A DNA stretch of 64,000 nucleotides from assembly GCA_938045545.1 (NCBI GenBank), contig CALIBN010000010.1, forward strand, positions 32,001-96,000, read 5' to 3'. Below the pieces are notes generated by a model. The model was not told where the DNA came from and did not search any database. It worked only from the letters and a program-made list of their open reading frames with translations. A program made the translations under genes and the position numbers. This DNA comes from an uncultured archaeon. GTDB lineage: Archaea; Thermoproteota; EX4484-205; JAAOZP01. Of this stretch, positions 50,262 through 60,562 are shown piece after piece. Every line of letters begins with the position of its first letter. The first letter of the stretch is position 1.

Positions 50262-50753
50262 CTGGCTAAGAAGACTCTCAGTCTGATAGTGGAGGGCGGC
50301 AACGCTTCACCCGGGCCACCCTTGGGTCCAGCCATAGGCCCCCTAGGGATTAACGTTGGGGCCGTGGTGGCCAAGATAAACGAGGTTACGAAAGAGTTTA
50401 AGGGGATGAAGGTCCCGGTTGAGCTCGAGGTGGATACTGATACGAAGCAGTTCATAGTTACTCTTAAAACCCCCACCACCTCGGCTCTGATAGCTAAGGA
50501 GGCTGGGATAGACAAGGGGTCTGGAACACCCGGCAAGGAGACTAAGGGAAACCTGAGCTTCCAGACGGTTGTTAAAATAGCTAGGATGAAGATGAACGAC
50601 ACCTATTCTAAGACGCTTAAAGGAGTGGTTAAGGAGGTCCTGGGGACTTGTCAAAGCATGGGTGTGACGGTCGACTCCAAGCCGCCGAAGGAGGTTATTA
50701 GGATGCTCGAGAAAGGAGAGTACGACGAGGCTTTAAGCAGGGAGGGCGCGTAG
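50262..50753 (+). CDS. rpl11: Ribosomal protein L11; probable CTG start
   Basis: (M)AKKTLSLIVEGG.ASPGPPLGPA, GTCQSMG. Confidence 0.95.
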   Translation: MAKKTLSLIVEGGNASPGPPLGPAIGPLGINVGAVVAKINEVTKEFKGMKVPVELEVDTDTKQFIVTLKTPTTSALIAKEAGIDKGSGTPGKETKGNLSFQTVVKIARMKMNDTYSKTLKGVVKEVLGTCQSMGVTVDSKPPKEVIRMLEKGEYDEALSREGA

Positions 50754-50754
50754 A

Positions 50755-51432
50755 ATGTCAGCAACGCTTTCAGTCAGCAAGAGTTCGCTGGAGGATGCAT
50801 TAAGGAAAGCCGTTTCCCCGGAGCACAGTAGGCCTAGAAAGTTTCTGCAGAGTGTTGAAATGGTTGTGTGCCTAACCGGGGTAGACCTGTCTAAGACGGA
50901 TCAAAGGTTCACGGAGCTCGTGGAGCTTCCGCACAGCCCCTATAGGGCGCAGCCTAAAATATGCGTTTTCACAGACGGCTCCTTGACTACTGAAGCAAAG
51001 AATCTTGGGCTAGACATTCTTTCAAGAGAAGCTTTAAGCAGCATGGCTGGTAAGAAGAAGAACTGTAGGAAAATCGCGCAGTCTTATGATTTCTTCATAG
51101 CCGAGGCGCCGCTAATGCCGTTGGTCGGCAGGGTGCTAGGCCAGTTCCTCGGACCCAAGAACAAGATGCCTATACCGGTTCCACCAGCCTCGTCAATAAC
51201 GCCGATTGTTGAAAGGCTCAGGAGAAGCGTGCGGCTTGTGCTTAAATCCAGCCTCGCTGTATCGTGTAAAATAGGGCATGAAGAGATGCCTGTTCAGCAG
51301 CTTCTGGAGAACGCTGGCACAGTCCTGTCGACGGTTGAGAGAAGGCTCCCTCATTCAGGATCAGTGAGGTACGTAGGGTTTAAGACAACCATGGGCAGGA
51401 TTGTTAAAGCAACAAGGGAGGCTAAGGCTTGA
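50755..51432 (+). CDS. rpl1: Ribosomal protein L1
   Basis: RKF.QSVE, YDFFIA..PLM, LGPKNKMP, KTTMG. Confidence 0.95.
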   Translation: MSATLSVSKSSLEDALRKAVSPEHSRPRKFLQSVEMVVCLTGVDLSKTDQRFTELVELPHSPYRAQPKICVFTDGSLTTEAKNLGLDILSREALSSMAGKKKNCRKIAQSYDFFIAEAPLMPLVGRVLGQFLGPKNKMPIPVPPASSITPIVERLRRSVRLVLKSSLAVSCKIGHEEMPVQQLLENAGTVLSTVERRLPHSGSVRYVGFKTTMGRIVKATREAKA

Positions 51433-52277
51433 GCCAGCAGGTTCTTAAGGCAAGGGTTGTTGACGAGATCCTCCGCCTATTAGATTCAAGCAGGACGGTG
51501 ATGCTCGTCAACACTTTCAGGGTTAAGTCCGTAACGATAAACGAGGCCAGGAGGAGGCTTAGGGGGAGAGCTATTCTGAAACATGTTAAGACAACGCTTC
51601 TGCAGAAGGCTGCTGAGAAAACAGGCTCGCAAGCTTTAAGAGAATTCTTAAAGAAGCATGCTTCCAAGGGCTCGGTGATGCTGATTGTTTCAAACGAGGA
51701 TCCATATGTGCTTCAGCAGGAGCTTAAGAAATATTCAATAAGGCTGCCTCTTAACGCCGGTGACGTTGTAGACAGGGAGATAGTTGTCCCCGCGGGAAAC
51801 ACTGGTCTTCCAGCCGGCCCAGTGATATCTTCTCTAAACGAGGTTGGCCTGCCGACGAGGATTGAAACTGGAAGCATATGGATAACCAAGGACACCGTGG
51901 TCGCGAAGCCCGGGGACGTGGTTACGCCGCAACTAGCCTCTGTCCTCTCGAAGCTTAACATAAGGCCGGTTGAAGCATTCATAAAATCATACGCAGCTAT
52001 TCACAACGGTATAGTATACAGCGAGGAAGCCCTCTCAACAACCTTAGAGGATATTGTGAAGGAACTTTCTAGGAGCGTTGAAAACGCTTTTAAGCTGTCC
52101 GTTGCAGCATTCTTCCCGACGCCCGAAAGCCTTAGAATAATGCTTAGAGAAGCCTTCTCTAAGGCGGTTACACTAAGCCTTAAAGCATATTACTACGATG
52201 AGAACACGGTTAAAATACTGTTGCAGACGGCAAGAGCCGAGGCACGCCAGCTTGAAGCCGTGGTTGGAAAAACTTAG
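51429..52277 (+). CDS. rpl10: Ribosomal protein L10 (P0)
   Basis: VPAGNTG..AGP, I..G.I.I.KD. Confidence 0.94.
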   Translation: MSQQVLKARVVDEILRLLDSSRTVMLVNTFRVKSVTINEARRRLRGRAILKHVKTTLLQKAAEKTGSQALREFLKKHASKGSVMLIVSNEDPYVLQQELKKYSIRLPLNAGDVVDREIVVPAGNTGLPAGPVISSLNEVGLPTRIETGSIWITKDTVVAKPGDVVTPQLASVLSKLNIRPVEAFIKSYAAIHNGIVYSEEALSTTLEDIVKELSRSVENAFKLSVAAFFPTPESLRIMLREAFSKAVTLSLKAYYYDENTVKILLQTARAEARQLEAVVGKT

Positions 52278-52429
52278 ATCCTGGAGTTTTGACGACGTGG
52301 CTAAGGGGACGTTTCAACCAATTTAATGCTTAAAGAGGTTTTAGCAGGCTTAAAAGATGTTTGAAAAGTGAATAAAAGCTTAAAAACACCCCGTGTAAGA
52401 ATGCTCAGAAAATTCTGAGGTGGATGCTG

Positions 52430-52726
52430 ATGTCTGAATACATCCATGCGGCACTGCTCCTGCATTCCGCGAAGCAGGAGATTACAGAGGATAGGATAAA
52501 AGCCATAATGAGGGCTGCAGGCATAGAGCCGGATGAAGCCAGGATTAAAGTACTTGTCTCCTCGCTTTCAAAAGTGAACATCGACGAAGTACTGTCAGCG
52601 CCGCTGGCAATAGGCCCAGTAGCCCCAGCTGCGCCAGCAGCTCAGCAGGCGCCGGCTGAGAAGAAGGAGGAGAAGGAGGAGAAGCCAGCCGAGGAAATGG
52701 CTGGGCTTGGTGCACTTTTCGAGTGA
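52430..52726 (+). CDS. rpl12: Ribosomal stalk protein L12 (aP1)
   Basis: [10 protein letters not shown], Ala-rich hinge, GLGALF. Confidence 0.96.
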   Translation: MSEYIHAALLLHSAKQEITEDRIKAIMRAAGIEPDEARIKVLVSSLSKVNIDEVLSAPLAIGPVAPAAPAAQQAPAEKKEEKEEKPAEEMAGLGALFE

Positions 52727-52869
52727 CAATTCTCCGACAGTACGAATACCTTCACCCAGCTATAGTCTAAGCTTATGCTGGGAAACGTGTAAGATTTCAG
52801 TCGGCGAGCATGTTGAAACATGACTTTTATCTTTTCGTTTCAGATCTATAGGCAGTATATATTATTTCC

Positions 52870-53655
52870 TGAGCCCTATAGCCGCCATAACCGGAAACCG
52901 GCGGCTGGCTTCTGCTAACAATAGAGTTAACGAACATTCTAATCAAGTACTCATGCGGCTCACTTATCTCCGGCAGCGGAGGAGTTCGATCTTGATTTTG
53001 CCATCCTCCGAATAATTTCTATTTCTAGTGTATAGCACTATCTTTTTCTGCAAGATTGCACAATATGGTTCCTTGACTACCGTATAGCTCAACCGGCCAT
53101 TGTCACTTTTTTTGGGTCCAGCTAACATTCGCAAGCGCGTGAACAGAATTCTCAAACGGGATTAGAACCATCGCATTATCCTCAACCTCTATGCTTTCTA
53201 TGTTTTTTGTTTATTTCAGCAGAAACGCTTACCTACTGCACCTTCGTTTAACATTTCTTTTGCCTTAACATGCTGAGGCAGAAATCTATTTTGAAAGTCA
53301 ACACCAAAATACAAGCCTCTTTTCCTGGCTTCATCCACCATTTCTTTCGCTTCCTTTAAGTTTAACGCTAGGCTTTTCGCAAAAACATTTATGTTCGACT
53401 TAATCACATCTAAAGTTATATCTCTATGAGTAAAAGGAGCGTGCAAACGCTTATCAAATCTAGATCATTTTTACCACATCCTCATGGTTCCTGTAGGCTT
53501 TTTGCATTAAATTCTTTAGACAATGATTCAGCCGCCCCTTTACAATATCGGAAACCGCTACAATTTTAACGAAATCTATCTTCGAGTCGCCGTTGCGTGT
53601 ATTCTGGCTATTCCCCCGCTTTCTATTATTCCAACTTTTATTTCTTTGCTCACCG
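52870..53655 (-). pseudogene. Gfo/Idh/MocA oxidoreductase pseudogene
   Basis: SKEIKVGII.SGGIARIHA; NVFAKSLA....EA.EM...A....L..GVDFQNRF fragments with stops and frameshifts. Confidence 0.7.
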
Positions 53656-53938
53656 TTAGACTAGACACTACCAGACCAGTTAATAAATTAAATGTTATAG
53701 CACGCTTACTACCGATATGTTAAGAACCTCCTCTTTTAAACGCATGCTAATCTTTCCCTCGCATACCGGGTTGCCGTCTGTGTTTCAACTCCCCATCGAA
53801 GTTACCATAACAAGTGGATGAAGAAATAAGAGGTTTAGGCTGTTTTTCAACCAGAAAAGCCTTGGAAATAGACTCAAAGACAGCCGGCGAGAATGAAAAC
53901 TTTTTAAACCATCACATTCATTTTTAACTGGAAAACAA

Positions 53939-54029
53939 GGGCCGATCGTCTAAATGGTTAGGACACCTGCCTGACATGCAAAATGCACAGCAGGCGCAGG
54001 AAATTGCGGTTCGAGTCCGCGTCGGCCCA
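53939..54029 (+). tRNA. tRNA-Val(GAC) with 18-nt anticodon-loop intron (about 53977-53994)
   Basis: Acceptor GGGCCGA/TCGGCCC, anticodon stem CCTGC/GCAGG, TTCGAGT; intron contains TGCA-AAA-TGCA hairpin. Confidence 0.9.
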
Positions 54030-54124
54030 CTTATCCTCATTGCACGCTTTAGTATTAAGAATGGATCTCCATTTCTAAGCACGCGATTTGAAATTGGGGA
54101 AACCTTTTTCCAAGGGCGCTTACA

Positions 54125-54138
54125 GTTATGCTTAAAAA
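54125..54138 (+). promoter_or_regulatory. Conserved BRE/TATA-like motif AGTTAYGCTTAAA upstream of all three immunity-like copies
   Basis: AGTTATGCTTAAAA here and at about 23225-23240 (minus strand); AGTTACGCTTAAAT at about 24289-24302. Confidence 0.65.
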
Positions 54139-54163
54139 CTAAATCTCACGACAATATTATGGG

Positions 54164-54902
54164 ATGAACAATCCCGAGCTAGGGAAGCGTTTCATCGATT
54201 CAATAGAGTATCTTAGAAGGATGGATTTCTTTAGGGATTATTCCAATTTAGCATCAGAGGAGATCCTCGATAAGGATCTTCAACGGCGAGATAACATACG
54301 AAGCCCAGTGGTTCGTTGAGAAATGGCCTGGGGGGGAGCGGAGGAAGGAGAAAGAAAAGGGAGAGACATACGGACAACTTTTGAAGAAGTCATTAGAGGA
54401 GCGCGAGGAATACTGGATGAAGGTAAGCGATTCCAGGGTAGATTTGAGGATGACCCACTTCGACGTCAAGAGAGTTTTTGCTGAGGATGCCGAGACGATT
54501 GTGATGGAGGGCATGGGGATAAAGTTAATGGAAAAGCTCGCCAGGATATCTAGAGGTTTATTTAACCCGATCGACATTAGAGAAAAATGGAGAGAGTGGA
54601 AGGGCAGGCTCCCTCCTGAGACCACTCCGCAAGTGAAGGAATATTTTGATCGCGACCACGGACTTTGGAGCAAGCGCAGCGTATCCTTTAAGTTTAAAAA
54701 TGAAGAGCATGCCGTGGATTTCTACTGTGAAGGCGATTATCTATTGATTGATCTCGCAGTTAAGAAAATAAATGAGCTCATCAAGGATACGGGGTATCAG
54801 TATTACTGGCTTCATGACACTGGCTACATCGCCTACATTGTCCTCTCGGAAGATGAGGCCGAGAAGCTAAGGGAAAGATGTTGGAAGCTCTCCTCGCTTT
54901 GA
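54164..54902 (+). pseudogene. Immunity-like family gene (copy 3, near full length; one +1 frameshift near 54275)
   Basis: MNNPELGKRFIDSIEYLRRMDFF...EEILDK / IFNGEI...INELIKDTGYQYY...EAEKLRER; convergent with the nuclease. Confidence 0.75.
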
Positions 54903-56480
54903 GACCTGGGTTTTTCGTACCCGACTATATCCCCTAGAGTATACTCGATTCCGTTCTCACAACCCGTCTTAATCATCTCATCCATGTCCTTAAGGTATAT
55001 CGCTATCGGGATTCCGTACTTAGCCTTACTGAAGTCATAGCCCTTCCATTTGTCCTCCGTGAAGTAACCTCTCAGCTGCCTTGTGCCTTCTTTTATACGC
55101 TCATCCGGATAATCATCAGATATCATCGTTGTTTTGGTCTCGAATATCACCACAACCTCATCCCCGCAATACACAGGGAAATCCGGCCCTATTTTGTGCG
55201 GTCCTGAAACCTTAAGCTTATCCTCTGGGATTCCTGTGATTTCAGACGCCTCCTTCGTAAGAACCTTTTCCTTTAAATAGGAGTACAACGTATTCCTCAC
55301 CGATGTCTCCCTCGAGTTTTTAGTTTTATCTTCAAGTCCTTTGCTGAGAGCATCCTTCAACTTCTCAACTCTCCTCGTTAAAACACGCTTAGGATTCTCC
55401 AAGTATATCAGACGATCGGATACTTGCTTGCCTTTCAAGTATTCCATTCGGATCGTAGCTCATATCCAAAATTTGTCTAAAAGTCTCAATCATTATCTTG
55501 GACAAATATCGCCCCTCCCAATTGTAAACTAGTTTGAGCTCATGCTCCTTTGCCTGCCAGACTTTTATCGTGAAGATTACCGCAGGTCCCTTGTTCCATC
55601 TGTCGTAGTGCATATCTTTCTTTAGAGAGATTTCTATCCTTCCATATTTCACGACAAGCCAGTATTTTCCGTGCGAGAATTCTATGTTGAATGGCATTCT
55701 TCCTTCCTTGATCGCCATCCTGATAAACTCGTACGTGGTGATTCTAGTTATTACTACTTTAGCCACTTCACCATCTTCACAGATATTCCCGGGAAGGTCA
55801 GAATCGAACTTCGGTCCATATTCTTTGAAGAACGTTCTCCCCTTTACCTCAATCTATATCTAGCAGGTTCTTTTCCCAGATACAGTTTAATCTGCTCACT
55901 ATGTATACGGATCCTTAGATTCTCCTTATGTTTTTTCAAGATGCATTCCACCCTTAAGCCTTCGAGTTGCTCCTCTCTTTAAATTTCCTCAGCGATTTCT
56001 TCACTAACCTCTTCGACTGACTCCTCAGTTCTCTCTTCAACTTCCTTCTCAAATAACTCTTCAACCTCCTCAACTACTTCTTCAATCTCCTTCTCAACAA
56101 GCCCCTCTTCGACGAGCTCCTCGACTTCTTTAACCTCTTCTTCCTCCTCAATTTCTTCACCCTCTTCTTTAACTCCTCAACTTCTTCCTACTCTAACGCC
56201 CTTTCCTCTTCAACCTCCTCGGTAACCTCTTCATCAACTTCCTCAACAAACTCTTCCTCTTTTCCCTCAACCTCCTCAACGATTTCCTCAACAGCCTCTC
56301 CTTCCTCTAACATCCTTTCCTCCTTAGCTTCCTCAACAAGTTCTTCAACCTCCTCAACTTTCTCTTCAACCTCTTCGAAGCTCTCAAGGATCTCTTCAAG
56401 GGATTCCTCCTCTCCCATTAACTCCTCAAATTTCTCCTCCAGAATATCGGATTCCTCTATAGGTTCTTCGTATTCCTCGG
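54833..56480 (-). pseudogene. Large Glu-rich protein ending in a PD-(D/E)xK nuclease domain (putative polymorphic toxin), multiple lesions
   Basis: E-rich region about 55960-56480, middle domain about 55400-55950, C-terminal GPDFPV...VIFETK...EGTRQLRGYF; premature stops at 56188 and 55980 plus frameshifts. Confidence 0.65.
55960..56480 (-). repeat. Low-complexity GAR/GTT-rich region encoding EEVEE-type repeats
   Basis: Repeated CTTCCTCAAC/CTCTTCAAC on the plus strand. Confidence 0.85.
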
Positions 56481-57234
56481 GCTCTCCTGAAGGCCATTTT
56501 CTCCAGCCACTCTGCATGGAGCGCCATCTCCGAAGGGTCTCCTCCCTTCAGCAACGGTATCGTCGGTATCCCCTCCTCCACATACCTTATCGTCAGGAGT
56601 GTGGCCTTGATCAAGTTGGATAGGTTCAAGGCCTTGGGGTAATCGACGTAAATGGGCATGTCCCACCCGATCACCCCGTCGAAGCCTCCTTTCTTCGCGA
56701 AGCCCACAGTGAAGTCGAACGTCTCCTCCGTCAGGAGCTTATCCGGCATTATGGTTGAAAGCAGAATTTGACCGTCGAATTCGAGGAAACTATGTATGCC
56801 TTCCTCCTCAACCTTTTTCACGTTCTCGCTGTCGAGCTTGGAGATCGACACTATGACCCATCCATCCCTAGGTCCCTCCTCGGCTTCACAGGGTCCTCAA
56901 GCGGCATCTCGGGGATTAAACGGGGAAGCGCAATATCAGGTGGGCTTCGTCTCAAAGACTCCAGCATCAGGCTCAGCTTATAGTATACATCTGCCTCGGG
57001 AGGAGTGAACCTGCCGGACTTTACGCAGGCCGGGGCGAGCGGGCAAGTGCTACATTTAAGAGTTATCCCCATGATCCTCATCTTTCCAGCAATGCATTGG
57101 TAGACCAAGCACATTTTCCTCTTGGAAAGATGACACCCGGCACATAACCCGAGTTTAAGGTAATCGCATTTGCGGCATGACTTTCCACACCTAGGGGGGC
57201 CATACGCGATATACATTCTCAGTAAACTCGTCAT
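56481..57234 (-). pseudogene. Cys-rich Zn-finger (DUF3795-like) plus N-terminal part of the TGT/DUF4417-like barrel (copy B), truncated by deletion
   Basis: CGKSCRKC...CAGC...C...C...CSTC....C; frame change at about 56851; EGIHSFLEFDGQILLSTIMPD...GWDMPIY.DYP...GIPTIPLLKG; similarity to copy A stops at MAFRR. Confidence 0.7.
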
Positions 57235-57779
57235 CTTTTCTTTAAAAGTTTTTAAAAAAAGCGCGAGAACGCGCGATTAAAACAATGACCCTTCAGGATA
57301 GTTTCTACATTTATTTTCCTTAATATTTTCAGTGCAAATTAATGTCTTATTCTTCTCTCCAGTCTTCTCATTAGTATGGAAATTTTGGAAACAAAGGCAT
57401 CAAGGCCTTTTAATCGCCTTGAGCCTTTTAACGCGCACGCCACCTATGATGCTTAGCGTAACACGTTACCGTTCCCCCCAGTGCCGGAGGAGGCTTGATG
57501 AAAATCCTATGGGTGTCGAACATGCTACTTCTAGGTCCACTTTAGAGACGCTGGTCTTCATCCGGTACTCCTTGCGCTGCTAGCGTACGCTAAGAGATAT
57601 GATTTTGCAGGAGCAGAAGGCGATTCTATGAAAAAACCCTTTCACCTCCCTTGCCCCTTCCTGTAAGTGCTTGTCAGACTGGTTTACTGCTACAATAATA
57701 GGCTTAGAAGGAAAGGAGAACATTGAGCTTAATCTGCCCAATATTGCTAGCTTTATATAAGATTACTATGGGTGCCATA

Positions 57780-59363
57780 ATGAAAATGGTGATGTGGAGA
57801 GAGCCTCCTCTTATGCTTGGGCTGGATCTTGGAACATCCAGCGTCAAGGCAACGCTGGTCGACAGCAGGGGCTCGGTATTGTTGAGCACGAGCAGACCGT
57901 ATTCGATTGAGTCGCCTGTTCCAGGATGGTGCGAGCAGGATCCTGCTGTATGGTGGAGGAGCGTTAAGGAGGTTGTTCACGAGCTTCTCAGTAAAACCGG
58001 GTTCAGCGGGGACTCTGTTTCAAGCTTATGCGTTTCCGGTCAGATGCATGGAATGATTCTTCTAAACAGTTACGGACAGGTTTTGAGGCCCGCCATAATA
58101 TGGTCTGACAACAGGAGTAGGAGTCAATGCGTGCAGATTGAGAATGAGCTTGGAGTAGAAGCGTTGATAGAGATAACTGGGAACAGGGCGGCCACCGGCT
58201 TCGCTGCCGTAAGCTTCCTATGGGTCAGGCAGAACGAGCCGAGGATCGCGGAGGCTGTGAAAACACTGCTTTTCCCAAAGGATTATATTAGGATGATGCT
58301 TACGGGTGTTGTCTGCACGGATTTCAGCGACGCTTCAGGATCACTGCTTCTCGACATACGTAGAAGACAATGGTCTCAGGAGATCGCGTCCATCTTAGGC
58401 ATAGGGCTAGACGCTCTCCCCGAGATCAGGTGCTCGCACGAGGTTGCTGGAGAACTTACCAGAGGGGCTGCCGAGGCATTGGGCTTAAGACCTGGGACAG
58501 TTGTTGCGACAGGCGGCGGTGACTCGATGGTGGGGGCTCTCGGCTGCGGCGTAACGCGTGAAGGAGTCTGGTCGGTAAACATAGGTACTGGAGGCCAGGT
58601 TCTAAGCCCGACGGCTAGGCCAGTGGTGGACATGATGGGTCGGACGAATACTTTCTGCCACGCTGCTCCAGACATGTGGGTTGTTCAAGGCTCAACGCTT
58701 TCAGCAGGCTTATCTCTAAGGTGGTTTAGAGATGCTCTTGGGGGAGAGGAGAAGCGTCTTTCAGAAGCCTGTGGAATAGATGTTTACGATGTTTTAACCC
58801 TGGAGGCCGCTAAGGCACCCCCCTGTTCGAAAGGCCTTGTCTTCCTACCATACCTGATAGGGGAGAGGACTCCTCACAACGATCCTGCAGCGAGAGGCGT
58901 TTTCTTCGGCCTTAGCCTTGCACACGATAAGACGCACATGGTTAGGGCTGTCCTGGAAGGCGTGGCTTTCGCACTTAGGGACTGCAAAGAGGTTTTAACA
59001 GGGCTCGGGTTGAAACCTGAGAAACTGGTTTTCAGAGGAGGAGGCTCAGGCAGCAGGCTCTGGAGAGAAATACTGGCTAACATTCTCTCGGAAACCGTTG
59101 TGAGCGCTGCACAGCTGAACGATGTTTCCTTCGGCTCCTGCCTGCTAGCTGGGACTGCCTATGGCTTGTGGAGGGACTTGAACAAGGCATGCGCTGAAAC
59201 AGTTAAGTATGGCGATTCGTCGAACCCGGATCCCTCGGCTTCAAAAATCTACGATAAACAGTACCGGCTATACGTTTCCCTATACCATCATCTCAAGCCT
59301 CTTTTCCAGCTTCTCGCAGAGCAAGAACAGGCAGCTAAAGGTCATTCTCCGAGAAGGCTTTAG
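57780..59363 (+). CDS. xylB: Xylulokinase (FGGY family)
   Basis: LGLDLGTSSVK, SGQMHG, WSDNRS, DASGS, FLPYL.GERTPH; exact start uncertain. Confidence 0.88.
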   Translation: MKMVMWREPPLMLGLDLGTSSVKATLVDSRGSVLLSTSRPYSIESPVPGWCEQDPAVWWRSVKEVVHELLSKTGFSGDSVSSLCVSGQMHGMILLNSYGQVLRPAIIWSDNRSRSQCVQIENELGVEALIEITGNRAATGFAAVSFLWVRQNEPRIAEAVKTLLFPKDYIRMMLTGVVCTDFSDASGSLLLDIRRRQWSQEIASILGIGLDALPEIRCSHEVAGELTRGAAEALGLRPGTVVATGGGDSMVGALGCGVTREGVWSVNIGTGGQVLSPTARPVVDMMGRTNTFCHAAPDMWVVQGSTLSAGLSLRWFRDALGGEEKRLSEACGIDVYDVLTLEAAKAPPCSKGLVFLPYLIGERTPHNDPAARGVFFGLSLAHDKTHMVRAVLEGVAFALRDCKEVLTGLGLKPEKLVFRGGGSGSRLWREILANILSETVVSAAQLNDVSFGSCLLAGTAYGLWRDLNKACAETVKYGDSSNPDPSASKIYDKQYRLYVSLYHHLKPLFQLLAEQEQAAKGHSPRRL

Positions 59364-60369
59364 TTATGCTATTTTCATACGGCGGCTGTAATATGCCCTT
59401 CTCAGTAACTATTCCCGAGATAAGCTCAGGCGGAGTAATATCGAACGCAGGGTTAATAGCCTCAACCCCCTCCACAGTGACAAGCCTGCCAAGAAAACGC
59501 GTGACCTCGGAAGGATCTCTCTCCTCAATAGGAATATCCTGTGGCTTAGTCGCAAGGTCGAAAGTTGACAAGGGTGCTGCAACGTAGAACGGCACGCCGT
59601 AGTGCTTCGCCAGAACCGCCAGCGTCAGGGTTCCAATCTTGTTCGCAACATGCCCGGTTGCAAGAACCCTGTCTGCGCCCACGAGAACCTTGTCAACCAT
59701 GCTTCTCGACATAACGTATCCAGCCATGGAGTCGCAAATCAGCTTAAACGGGACACCGTATTTCCTGAGCTCCCAAGCCGTGAGCCTCGCACCCTGGAGC
59801 AACGGCCTAGTTTCAGTGGCCAGCACTGAGATCCTCCTCCCCTCCTCCCAAGCGAGCCTTATTATCCCGAGAGCAGTACCATACTCCACAGTACCTAGGC
59901 CACCCGTGTTGCAATGCGTAAGAATCCTGTCGCCATCCCTGACCAGTTCCAAACCTTTCCTAGCGATCCTGAGGTTTGTCTCAACATCCTCGTCAGCAAT
60001 CCTACCGGCCTCCTCGAGAAGCCTCTTCCTTAAATCACTCACCGTCCTAGCCTTCCCCACCACTCGAAGACACCTGTCTATCGCCCATCCCAAGTTCCTC
60101 CCAGTAGGCCTAGCGAGCCTAAGCTCCTCCGCGGCTTTCAAAATCCTGTTTTTCAACTTCTCGGCATCACTCCCCCTGTACCTTAGAGCCTCAAGAGCAA
60201 GGCCGTAGGCTGCGGCAACCCCGATTAACGGAGCCCCTCTGATCTGCATTTTTCTTATCGCAGAAATCACTTGACGGACACTCGTAAGCCTAAGCCACTT
60301 CTCCGAATAGGGAAGCCTGGAGGAATCAAGCGCGTAAACCACCCTATTCCTGAAGAATATGCTCCTCAT
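59335..60369 (-). CDS. mtnA: Methylthioribose-1-phosphate isomerase (eIF-2B alpha family)
   Basis: IRGAPLIG, RPT, THCNTG, ETRPLLQGARLT, GADR, NPAFDITP. Confidence 0.92.
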   Translation of the reverse strand: MRSIFFRNRVVYALDSSRLPYSEKWLRLTSVRQVISAIRKMQIRGAPLIGVAAAYGLALEALRYRGSDAEKLKNRILKAAEELRLARPTGRNLGWAIDRCLRVVGKARTVSDLRKRLLEEAGRIADEDVETNLRIARKGLELVRDGDRILTHCNTGGLGTVEYGTALGIIRLAWEEGRRISVLATETRPLLQGARLTAWELRKYGVPFKLICDSMAGYVMSRSMVDKVLVGADRVLATGHVANKIGTLTLAVLAKHYGVPFYVAAPLSTFDLATKPQDIPIEERDPSEVTRFLGRLVTVEGVEAINPAFDITPPELISGIVTEKGILQPPYENSITKAFSENDL

Positions 60370-60460
60370 TACATCTAAGATAAGCCCAGAGAATTAAAAA
60401 AACTTGCGGAAAAACAGTGTCGAAAATCCTTATATCCTCAAGCTAAAAGAACAACATTAG

Positions 60461-60562
60461 GCGGAGGTCGCCAAAGCCAAGCAGCGGCAAAGCCTGGTCA
60501 AAGGCGCGAGGCTTAGGACCTCGTCCCGTAGGGGTTCGTGGGTTCAAATCCCACCCTCCGCA
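60461..60562 (+). tRNA. tRNA-Leu(TAG) with a 16-17 nt insertion/intron in the D-loop (about 60475-60491)
   Basis: Acceptor GCGGAGG/CCTCCGC, anticodon stem CGAGG/CCTCG, long variable arm, TTCAAAT, discriminator A. Confidence 0.9.

Noticed and set aside
53976-54167. 63-aa ORF
   Set aside because: Overlaps tRNA-Val; spurious.
55960-56480. Possible CRISPR or repeat array
   Set aside because: No constant repeat with unique spacers; it is Glu/Val codon low complexity.
612-60208. Many antisense or overlapping ORFs in the track (e.g. 612-1085, 8377-9180, 34962-35435, 59639-60208)
   Set aside because: Shadows of well-supported genes on the opposite strand with Ser/Leu/Pro-rich non-globular composition.
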